64,000 nt of DNA from Desulfosudaceae bacterium (lineage in GTDB: Bacteria > Desulfobacterota > Desulfobacteria > Desulfobacterales > Desulfosudaceae). Below the pieces are notes generated by a model that was not told where the DNA came from, did no database searches, and was given only the letters and a program-made list of their open reading frames with translations. This document shows, piece by piece, positions 56,580 to 64,000 of this stretch. Positions within the stretch are counted from its first letter, which is position 1. Each line of letters begins with the position of its first letter. Where the stretch lies: positions 1,248,001 to 1,312,000 of the forward strand of contig CAXXDV010000001.1 of the NCBI GenBank assembly GCA_963674745.2, given 5' to 3'. A program made the translations under genes and the position numbers.

Positions 56580-57983
56580 TTATACATCCAGGCGTTTCGC
56601 ATGCATGATGTTTTCCATAAAGTGATTGACCTGTTCGATAATGCCTTCCCTGGAAACGATTCTGGGGTCGCTTAAGTCATAATTGATAATCAGCATGGGC
56701 AGGTTGTGCTCCCGGCATTTTTCCCGCAATATACCGTTTAAGGCGGCGGTGTTTTTACAGCCCACATGTCCGGCCACCCAGAGCATATCAAGGTCAAACT
56801 GTTTGATCATGTTAAAAATATCGTCCAGATAGTTTTCCGCCGGTCCCCGGGTGTGGCGGGCCATGGGGCCTTCCATGATGTTCAGGCCCAGGCCGTACAA
56901 CAGGGATTCCTCGGTTGAAGTGTCAATAAAAGGCTCCCGGCGGTTATAGGACATGCTGTCGATAATCAGCGAAACACCGTAAGCGGATTCCGCCCAATTA
57001 AAAAGGTCAATGGCGTGCAGCAGTGGCGGGTTCCACAGCAGGGCCCGGTATTTTTCATTGGTCACGGCACCGGTCCCGGTCCGCAGGTTTTTTTCGGCCA
57101 GGTCCCGGAGGCGCTTGAACAACAAGGTCGTTTCCGGTTCACCAGGGGAAACGTTGGCGCCCCAGAGGTGACTCAAATAAACCGGTTCCGCGGCCAGAGG
57201 TGCCGGTCGGGTCTTGAGCATATCCCACAGCTCCAGTTCATATTCAACCATGCGGTTGCGTTCTTCGCAGATCCGCGCCAGTTTGTCCCAGTCCATTTTT
57301 CCCGGCGTGTTGTCTTCAAGCCACTTGATCAGGCGCCGGAGTTCTCCCACGAAAAAAGCGCGCGTCCGGTCATTATAAAAATGGTGCGGAATGTCCAGTC
57401 GGAAAGTCGGCAGTTTTAACGTTCTTTCGATCAACGTGTAGGAGGACATACCACCGTCACAAGGCAGGTTTGAAGAAATCAGGGCCAGGGCCGGCGGTAT
57501 TTCTCCGGCCAGAAAAAATCCCATGGTGCTTTTGGGCAGGCTGCAGACGTCCGGGGGTATACCGTAATTTTCCGCTTGATCAATATACTGTTCCACGGCA
57601 TGCGGATCGATCATGGGCAGAGCAATGCCCAGTAGTTCAGCCATGAATGGTGTAAGGCCCATGGCCCTGAAAAGTTCAGGCGGGACCATGTCTTCGTGGA
57701 CAATCAGCCGGTCGCCGCGCAGAAACATGTCATCCAGAACCCGGACAAAACCGTTGATAACAAATGAAATAACCACCAGCGTGGCTTCATAATAAGCGTC
57801 GTTACGGTTTTGACCAAATTTTTGGTTGAGCAGGTTGGCACGTAACAGCACTTTCATCCAGGGGTACCGCTTAAGATCACGCAGTGTTTTGAGGGGGCCG
57901 TTGCGCAGGGCCATACCAGCAATGGCCGACAGGTTGGCGGCGACGTGTTTGGTATATAACGCCCGGCGGGTGATTTGATTCAT
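56580..57983 (-). CDS. 2-hydroxyacyl-CoA dehydratase/BCR alpha-type subunit
   Basis: DVCS, PCD, GCKN cysteines. Confidence 0.85.
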   Translation of the reverse strand: MNQITRRALYTKHVAANLSAIAGMALRNGPLKTLRDLKRYPWMKVLLRANLLNQKFGQNRNDAYYEATLVVISFVINGFVRVLDDMFLRGDRLIVHEDMVPPELFRAMGLTPFMAELLGIALPMIDPHAVEQYIDQAENYGIPPDVCSLPKSTMGFFLAGEIPPALALISSNLPCDGGMSSYTLIERTLKLPTFRLDIPHHFYNDRTRAFFVGELRRLIKWLEDNTPGKMDWDKLARICEERNRMVEYELELWDMLKTRPAPLAAEPVYLSHLWGANVSPGEPETTLLFKRLRDLAEKNLRTGTGAVTNEKYRALLWNPPLLHAIDLFNWAESAYGVSLIIDSMSYNRREPFIDTSTEESLLYGLGLNIMEGPMARHTRGPAENYLDDIFNMIKQFDLDMLWVAGHVGCKNTAALNGILREKCREHNLPMLIINYDLSDPRIVSREGIIEQVNHFMENIMHAKRLDV

Positions 57984-57986
57984 TTT

Positions 57987-59105
57987 TTATTTTCCCATGC
58001 TTTCAAGAAAAGCCTGCACCCGGGTCTGAAGTTGCCCCAGGCCGGTGCCGCTGTATTCCCGTTCCAGGACGAGTACCCGGAAGCCGGCCTTTCGCAAGGC
58101 TTCTATCAGAGAAGCCGATTCCACGCCCCAGGTGTCGCAGAATTTGATAAATTCGATGATAATGCCGTCCACCCGGAAGTCTTCGGCCGCGGCGACGATC
58201 TGTTTCAGTCGCTTGTCAAAATCTTCCATCATGCGCGGGCAGGACGGCACCGACAGGGTGTGTTCGGCGATTGCCGTCAGCGGGTCGCCTTCCAGCCGGA
58301 TTTGGTCCAGTCCGGGAATGGAGCCGGTGCAGATACGGTCCGCGACCACCAGGGCGCCGGTGGATTCGATGGCTTCAATATACCGGGGATCATCCAGCTG
58401 TCCGCCGACGATCATCAGCCGGGCGCGATGGTTTCCGGTTTCCCTGCCTTCTTTTAGCTGGTCGCGAAAGTCTTCAATAGGCTTGCGGATCAAATGACGG
58501 GGCGTTGTAAAAGCGGCCATCAACAACCGATGAAAGTCGGTTCCTGATAACGGCGGGCGTTCTTTTTTTCTTTGTTCCGATATGGATTGCAACAGGGCCA
58601 GAAAATGGTTTTCTTCTTTTACAGCGTTTATCAAGGCCTCATCCGTAACGGAAATCTGAAAATGGGACGCCAGGTGCGCTATCAGTTCTTTCAACTCGTC
58701 AACGTACCAGGCCAGCCCCTCTTTTCCGGTCCGGTGGGGCACATCAAGAATATGGGAAAAATCCAGAGGCATGAGGTGGCTGATGTTGTCATGCAGGCGT
58801 CGCAGGTGATCGCAACTGGCTGTGTGTACCCATCCGCCCAGAAAGTCATAACGGGAATCCATGGCAAACTCAAGCAGGCTGCGGGTGTAGGAACAGGTCA
58901 GCTTGGAAAGATAAATATCGGCCAGTTCTGTATCCCCCACGCCCGGTGCCCGCATTCGTAAGGGAAACAGAGGGGGGATTGAAAGCAGTACCCGTGGCAC
59001 ATAGCTGCAGGTGTAACCAATAGGAATACCGCCCTGGTCGATGGCGTTTTGCACCAGCAGGTTGACAGGGTCTTCCAGGTATTGATCGAACAGGCTTGTC
59101 TTCAT
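57987..59105 (-). CDS. 2-hydroxyacyl-CoA dehydratase/BCR beta-type subunit
   Basis: GYTCSYVP, CSY, SCD, KFCD, TRVQAFLE. Confidence 0.88.
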   Translation of the reverse strand: MKTSLFDQYLEDPVNLLVQNAIDQGGIPIGYTCSYVPRVLLSIPPLFPLRMRAPGVGDTELADIYLSKLTCSYTRSLLEFAMDSRYDFLGGWVHTASCDHLRRLHDNISHLMPLDFSHILDVPHRTGKEGLAWYVDELKELIAHLASHFQISVTDEALINAVKEENHFLALLQSISEQRKKERPPLSGTDFHRLLMAAFTTPRHLIRKPIEDFRDQLKEGRETGNHRARLMIVGGQLDDPRYIEAIESTGALVVADRICTGSIPGLDQIRLEGDPLTAIAEHTLSVPSCPRMMEDFDKRLKQIVAAAEDFRVDGIIIEFIKFCDTWGVESASLIEALRKAGFRVLVLEREYSGTGLGQLQTRVQAFLESMGK

Positions 59106-59115
59106 CCGCCGGCAA

Positions 59116-59856
59116 TCATTCTTTTGTTTTTGATTTTTCTTTCATGGCCTGGCGCATGTTACGCAGTTCGGACACCTCGTCGCAGACCGGGCTGTACTCG
59201 CAGGAATCACAATCAAAGTCCATTTCTTCAACCATTTTGTTCATGGCCCCGATAATCTCTCCCACATCGTCACCGATGGTTTTTAAGGCCAGAACATCCT
59301 CAACTGTCGATGTGACAAAAACGATTTCAACCCCATGAATATATGGTTTTTCTATTAATTCAACCATCAGGGCGCTTCCCAGCAGGGACAGGGAAAAACC
59401 GTCGGCGACCGCGGTTTTGCTGATTCTGCTCCATTCCCGCTGGTACTGTGAAACCGCCCGCATCATGTAACCGGCCAGGCTGATGTCGTATTTGGCCAGT
59501 TCCATTTCCCGGTAACGGTCATAACTGTTCTCTTCGTCAAAACCGCAGACTTCCACCATGACGACTTTGCCGAAAGGCACCAGCGGGCGGGTTTCCCGGT
59601 GAATATCCGGGCCGATCAGAGAGATGCGGCCGTGATGAACGGCGTTGGGGCGATCGGTCCAGAACAGAAACGACGTGGCCGCAGTTTTGGGGCTGCCCAA
59701 CTCTACGGCGGTGTCCGTTGACAGAACCAGGTTGCTGTTTCCCCCGGACGGCCAGCCTGGATCGGTTGCGGCAGTGAACGTTGAAAAGTCGTTTTTTCCG
59801 GTTCTGTCGGCCAGAAAATGTCTGATGCGTTCGAGGTGTGTGTCAAACAGAGCCAT
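59116..59856 (-). CDS. Acetyl-CoA synthase (CdhC/AcsB) middle-domain-like protein with C-terminal CxxCxxxxC
   Basis: VELGSPK...GRISLIGPDI...PFGKVV; CDSCEYSPVC. Confidence 0.6.
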   Translation of the reverse strand: MALFDTHLERIRHFLADRTGKNDFSTFTAATDPGWPSGGNSNLVLSTDTAVELGSPKTAATSFLFWTDRPNAVHHGRISLIGPDIHRETRPLVPFGKVVMVEVCGFDEENSYDRYREMELAKYDISLAGYMMRAVSQYQREWSRISKTAVADGFSLSLLGSALMVELIEKPYIHGVEIVFVTSTVEDVLALKTIGDDVGEIIGAMNKMVEEMDFDCDSCEYSPVCDEVSELRNMRQAMKEKSKTKE

Positions 59857-59865
59857 TTGTTGCCT

Positions 59866-60648
59866 TTATTTTTGGTCGAGCATTTCCGCAGCGAACAGGG
59901 CCGCACCCAGGGCGCCATTGATCTGCGGATCAACGGGCAGTGTTTTGACCGGGACGCCCAGCCCGTCGGAAAGGGCATTGAACATGCCGCTGTTTTTGGC
60001 CACCCCGCCGGTCATGACCACATCCTCATGAACCTCGATGCTCTTGGCCAGGGAGGCGACCCGGTTGGCCATGGCATGATGCAGGCCGCAGATAATGCTA
60101 CGCACATCGCGGCCCTCGTTGATCAGCGATACAACTTCGGTTTCGGCAAAAATGACGCACTGGTTGGATATTCTGATTTTTTCATTTGCTTGAGCTGAAA
60201 GTTCACCCATGTCGGCCAGATCGACTTCCAGGGCTTTGGCCATGACTTCGAGAAAGCGGCCGGTGCCGGCCGCACATTTGTCATTGTATATATAACGGGC
60301 CACGTTGCCTTTATCATCAATTCTTATGGCTTTGGCGTCCTGACCGCCGATATCGACAATGGTGCGTACCGAGGGCAAATTCCACCAGGCGCCTTTGGCA
60401 TGACAGGAAATTTCTGATTGCGTGGCGTCGGCAAAGGAAACCGCGTCTTTGCCATATCCCGTTCCGACAGTGATTTTTATATCAGAGAGGGAAATATCCG
60501 CGTTTTCCGCCGCCAGACGGATAACCGCATTGGCGGAATCTTCAGGCCTGGTCTTTACCCGGATTACTTCCTGACCGATTATTTTGTCGTCGTTCATGAT
60601 GACGGCCTTGGCAGTCAGCGAACCGATGTCACACCCTGCAGTAATCAT
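59866..60648 (-). CDS. Acyl-CoA dehydratase activase
   Basis: MITAGCDIGSLTAK, DIGGQD, CAAGTG, CVIFAE; start at 60648 after AAAGGTG. Confidence 0.92.
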   Translation of the reverse strand: MITAGCDIGSLTAKAVIMNDDKIIGQEVIRVKTRPEDSANAVIRLAAENADISLSDIKITVGTGYGKDAVSFADATQSEISCHAKGAWWNLPSVRTIVDIGGQDAKAIRIDDKGNVARYIYNDKCAAGTGRFLEVMAKALEVDLADMGELSAQANEKIRISNQCVIFAETEVVSLINEGRDVRSIICGLHHAMANRVASLAKSIEVHEDVVMTGGVAKNSGMFNALSDGLGVPVKTLPVDPQINGALGAALFAAEMLDQK

Positions 60649-60660
60649 ATTTTCACCTTT

Positions 60661-60798
60661 ATGGCGTCGTAAAAAGCCCAATTGCCGCGGGGCGGCCGGC
60701 TGCGTTGCGCTTCGTCTCTCGGAAGTTCACGTACTAATTTGTACGCTGCATTCCTCGAGATTCGCGACGCCTTGATCTTGAACTTTTTATTTTGCCAT
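60661..60798. mobile_element. 138-bp palindromic MITE/REP-like element
   Basis: Imperfect terminal inverted repeats ATGGCnnnnTAAAAAG / CTTTTTAnnnnGCCAT and nested internal stems. Confidence 0.7.
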
Positions 60799-60814
60799 CC
60801 AAATTAAAACTGTT

Positions 60815-61606
60815 TTATGATTCCATGTTTACGTTTTCGTTTGCGAATATGGCCGCCCCGATGGCACCGGCCAGCTGAGGATCGGCCCGCCGTATTTTCC
60901 GGATGCGGTACCCGAGAATTTTTTCCAGGGTGCTGACCACGCCGCTGTTTTTGGCCACGCCGCCGGTCATGCAGATTTCCTTTTCCACTTTGACGGTATT
61001 GGCCAGAATGGCCACCCGTTTGGCCATGGCGCTGTTGATGCCGGCGCCGATATCCTCAATCAAGTATCCGGAGTTCAAGTACTTGATGACGTCGGCCTGG
61101 GCCCAGACCGTACAGGTTGAGGCCAGCATGATCGGTGAGCGGGCCCGGGCGGACAGGTCGCCCAGTTCATCAATGCCGATATTTAGAACGTCGGCCATGA
61201 CTTCCAGAAAGCGGCCGGTGCCGGAGGCGCATTTGTCGTTGGTGATAAAGTTTTCAACAGCGCCGGCGTCATTCAGCTTGATGGCCTTGCAGTCCTGCCC
61301 GCCGATATCGATAACGGTTTTGACCGTCGGCACCATCCAGTGCGCGCCTTTCCCGTGGCAGGCGATTTCCGACCTGGCTTCACTGAGAAACGGGATCTTG
61401 TCCCGGCCGTAACCGGTTCCCACGACATACCCGATTCCGGACATGTCCACCCCGGCGTTTGCCAGGGCCTGGTCCATTGCTGCCTGGGCCGATTCCCCGG
61501 GTCTGGCCTTGGAACGGATAATGCTGGAGCCGACAATTTTTTTGCCTTTCATGATAACGGCTTTGGATGTCAGCGATCCGACATCGCAACCGGCGACAAG
61601 TTTCAT
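60815..61606 (-). CDS. Acyl-CoA dehydratase activase
   Basis: GCDVGSLTSK, DIGGQD, CASGTG, CTVWAQ. Confidence 0.92.
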   Translation of the reverse strand: MKLVAGCDVGSLTSKAVIMKGKKIVGSSIIRSKARPGESAQAAMDQALANAGVDMSGIGYVVGTGYGRDKIPFLSEARSEIACHGKGAHWMVPTVKTVIDIGGQDCKAIKLNDAGAVENFITNDKCASGTGRFLEVMADVLNIGIDELGDLSARARSPIMLASTCTVWAQADVIKYLNSGYLIEDIGAGINSAMAKRVAILANTVKVEKEICMTGGVAKNSGVVSTLEKILGYRIRKIRRADPQLAGAIGAAIFANENVNMES

Positions 61607-63003
61607 AACAACCCCCTTACACTGAAGAATTCTTCCAGGCGCTCTTTGGTGTTTTCCCAGGATTCCACCCGGTCGTCAAAAGCGTCGTCGTAAAGAATAT
61701 GGGTGGGATAACCCAGTTTTTCCAAGTCTCTGGCAAAAGGCTTGACCATGCCCCAGGTGTTGCGGCAGCCCGGGGTGCCGTTGTAGATAATGCAGTCGGC
61801 CTTGAAGGCCCGGGCAATGGCAAGGGTTTCGTCCAGCCACATGTTGGGCTGGTCATAGGGGCCGCGAATGGAACGGACCATGGGCAAACGGGCGTTTAAC
61901 TGGGCAATGCTGTTCAGCATGGCCGCTTCCGATCCCGTGTTTATTTTATAAGCCGACCCGGGAAGGTCCTTTGTGTAAGACGTTCCTTCCATAAAGGTTT
62001 TGGAAAGAATGCTGCCCAGATGGGAAATACCGTTGTCGTCCAGCCATTTCCAGAAGGTCATGTCCACCGTGTAATGATCGATATAACACAGGTAAAGTCG
62101 CCTTTTTTCAACCTTGGACTTTAAACCTGAAACCCCATTTTCAACGTTCTGCCGGACGACCTTCCGCATTTCTTCAAGGGCACGGGTGTATTCCGGTAAT
62201 CCGGCGCATATAAAACGGCCGGCATAGATAAACATGTTGTAGATGGGCGGCACCGGACAGGGTACGACCATCTGCATGTCCTCCATGTCTGAAATGATGG
62301 TGTCCTGCTTTTCCACTTCCAGAAGAACGTCTTTCAGCCGGTCATAATCCATTTTATTACCGGTCTGCTCTTCCAGAAACCGGATCATTTCCCGGTAGTC
62401 CTCGAGCTGGTACTGGCTGGTGCGGTCGTCGTTGATCTTCTGGGGATAGTTGAGCTGGTAGCAGGGTTTTTCCAGATAGCTGGACGCAAAGGCGAAGGCA
62501 TTGGCGTTGGTGTCGCAGACACCGGGCGTGTCACAGACCAGAAAGTCGATTTCTTCGGCCAGACCCGCGAAATAGGCGCCCAAAGAGCCCCTCTGAGAAG
62601 AGCAGGATGTCTCGGTCAGGCCGACCTCGCAGCCGAAATCCAGATAATCAAATGCTCCCCGGCGCCAGACCATACTGGCCAAGGCGGACAGGATTTCAAA
62701 TGTTACGGGCACGGCGTCCACGGCATAGAGGATGGCCGGGGAAAAACAGAAGGTCGTGGCCGCAATTTTTTTTCCTTTGGCATGAGCCGTCAGAATATTA
62801 TCGAAGAACCGGGCCATCATCTTCAGAAAAACCGCTCCCGGTTCGCCCTCGTCCAGAATGGCGCCCAAAGGCTTGTTGAAATAGGGGACATACCGCATCA
62901 AAATGTCTTTTTCCTTGGGCGTGCCGTCCGATGCCTTGGACGCGGCACTGATGATGCGGTCCAACATCCAGTCAAAATGATATTCTTTTATTTCCGCCCG
63001 CAT
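61603..63003 (-). CDS. 2-hydroxyacyl-CoA dehydratase/BCR alpha-type subunit
   Basis: TSCS, VCD, GCRN, RLEEF. Confidence 0.85.
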   Translation of the reverse strand: MRAEIKEYHFDWMLDRIISAASKASDGTPKEKDILMRYVPYFNKPLGAILDEGEPGAVFLKMMARFFDNILTAHAKGKKIAATTFCFSPAILYAVDAVPVTFEILSALASMVWRRGAFDYLDFGCEVGLTETSCSSQRGSLGAYFAGLAEEIDFLVCDTPGVCDTNANAFAFASSYLEKPCYQLNYPQKINDDRTSQYQLEDYREMIRFLEEQTGNKMDYDRLKDVLLEVEKQDTIISDMEDMQMVVPCPVPPIYNMFIYAGRFICAGLPEYTRALEEMRKVVRQNVENGVSGLKSKVEKRRLYLCYIDHYTVDMTFWKWLDDNGISHLGSILSKTFMEGTSYTKDLPGSAYKINTGSEAAMLNSIAQLNARLPMVRSIRGPYDQPNMWLDETLAIARAFKADCIIYNGTPGCRNTWGMVKPFARDLEKLGYPTHILYDDAFDDRVESWENTKERLEEFFSVRGLL

Positions 63004-63040
63004 AAAACGACCTCCTGCGTTTGGGGATTGTTGTTTGTGG

Positions 63041-64000
63041 TTAGCCTGTAAGCCGTTCCAAAAAGGCCTGAATTCTCATTTGCAGACGGCCGGTTTCCGT
63101 CAGCGGGCCATACTCTCTTTCAATTTTCAGACAGGGCACCCCCGCTTTTTCCAGGTCCCGTTCCAGCAGGCCATGTTCCGAGCCGTGCAGGTCACAAAAG
63201 CGGATGTTCTGCATGATAACACCGTCAATGGCGGCCGCGTCGATTTTTTTCTTTAAAATATCCAGGCGTTCTTTGTATTTACCGAACATTCTCGGGCAGG
63301 TGCATTCACCCAGATATCCTTCGGCCATGGCTTCAAGAGGATCACCGGCTTCCGCCACCAGGTTGCCTTCATAGCGCACGCCAAAGCAGAGGTTTTCGGC
63401 CACCACCAGGGCGGTTTCATTCTTTTCAATCAATTCAATCAGCTCTATGTCGTCACTGATGCTGCCGATAACCAAGAGGCGTTTTTTTCCGGTGGAAACC
63501 GGGCGGCTGCTTTTCAGGTCCGCCAGGAGTTGTTCCAGCTTTTCCGTATATGTTTCCCTCGGCATGACCGTGCCGGCCACGGCCACGGCAAAGGCCTGGG
63601 AACCGGTTATGGGCACTTCCGGCCGGGCCCGGATCTCCTCCAGCTCCTTGAGCAGCAAACGGCCCCGGTTGTAAATCGCGATGGATTGCCGCAAGGCCTC
63701 ATCGTTTACGGTGACGTTGAAATGTTTCTGCACAGCATCGATAAGCATTTGAATTTCATCTTTAAACCATTTCATGCCATGGGGCAGTGTTTTGTGGGGC
63801 ACGTCAAAATAATAAAAGAAGGGCGGTACGATGCCTTCATAATCTTCTCCGGCTTTTCGCCAGCATTCGTCCAGACGGCGCATGGCGTCACAACCGGGTG
63901 TAATAATAGTGCCGTCCAGAAAGTGATACTTGCCCTTGCCGGCCAGTTGCAGAATGCATTTGGGAAAAGAACAGATAAAGGGCCCGAAAAAGGCGTCGCC
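63041..64000 (-). CDS. 2-hydroxyacyl-CoA dehydratase/BCR beta-type subunit, 5'-partial
   Basis: Frame is open to the window end (GDAFFGPFICSFPKC...GCDAM); RFCD, RIQAFLE. Confidence 0.88.
   Translation of the reverse strand, partial: GDAFFGPFICSFPKCILQLAGKGKYHFLDGTIITPGCDAMRRLDECWRKAGEDYEGIVPPFFYYFDVPHKTLPHGMKWFKDEIQMLIDAVQKHFNVTVNDEALRQSIAIYNRGRLLLKELEEIRARPEVPITGSQAFAVAVAGTVMPRETYTEKLEQLLADLKSSRPVSTGKKRLLVIGSISDDIELIELIEKNETALVVAENLCFGVRYEGNLVAEAGDPLEAMAEGYLGECTCPRMFGKYKERLDILKKKIDAAAIDGVIMQNIRFCDLHGSEHGLLERDLEKAGVPCLKIEREYGPLTETGRLQMRIQAFLERLTG

Noticed and set aside
60649..60681. Activase start at 60681
   Set aside because: Lies inside the palindromic element; MITAGCD at 60648 matches its paralogues.

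Overview
Bacterial chromosomal window; gene content suggests an anaerobic Desulfobacterales-like deltaproteobacterium (inference). (1) 1-~9830 is the AT-rich distal end of an integrated island: a partial membrane coiled-coil protein, MlaD/MCE, PcfJ-like, HIT, calcineurin-like phosphoesterase, a DnaE derivative lacking its polymerase active site (PHP + thumb remnant + OB), HD-domain and GNAT genes. (2) Two gap-free 188-bp direct repeats (9831-10018, 12889-13076; 160/188 identical by hand count) each end in the 3' half of tRNA-Ala(GGC). They bracket a ~3-kb integrase-less mini-islet carrying a His/Cys-rich DUF2946-like upstream ORF ending in RGPP and a TonB-dependent receptor. The RGPP/stop codons can base-pair with the receptor Shine-Dalgarno, a candidate metal-sensing ribosome-arrest switch. 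(3) 13.1-44 kb is core chromosome: DUF3842-cooT-ispH/UbiA, plsY, Smr, a fatty-acyl module with TetR, rplU-rpmA-obgE-proB-proA-nadD-rsfS-gpmI, a perfect parS, mnmE-jag-yidC-yidD-rnpA-rpmH, rng, a radical SAM, gyrB and dnaN. A candidate oriC lies upstream of dnaN with no adjacent dnaA. (4) 46-64 kb holds two MMPL/RND transporters, YCF48-DUF1329-DUF1302 and a benzoyl-CoA-reductase/2-hydroxyacyl-CoA-dehydratase-like cluster (3 activases, 4 catalytic-type subunits, an acetyl-CoA-synthase-domain protein) interrupted by a 138-bp palindromic MITE-like element. All family calls come from motif recognition by eye; no searches were run.
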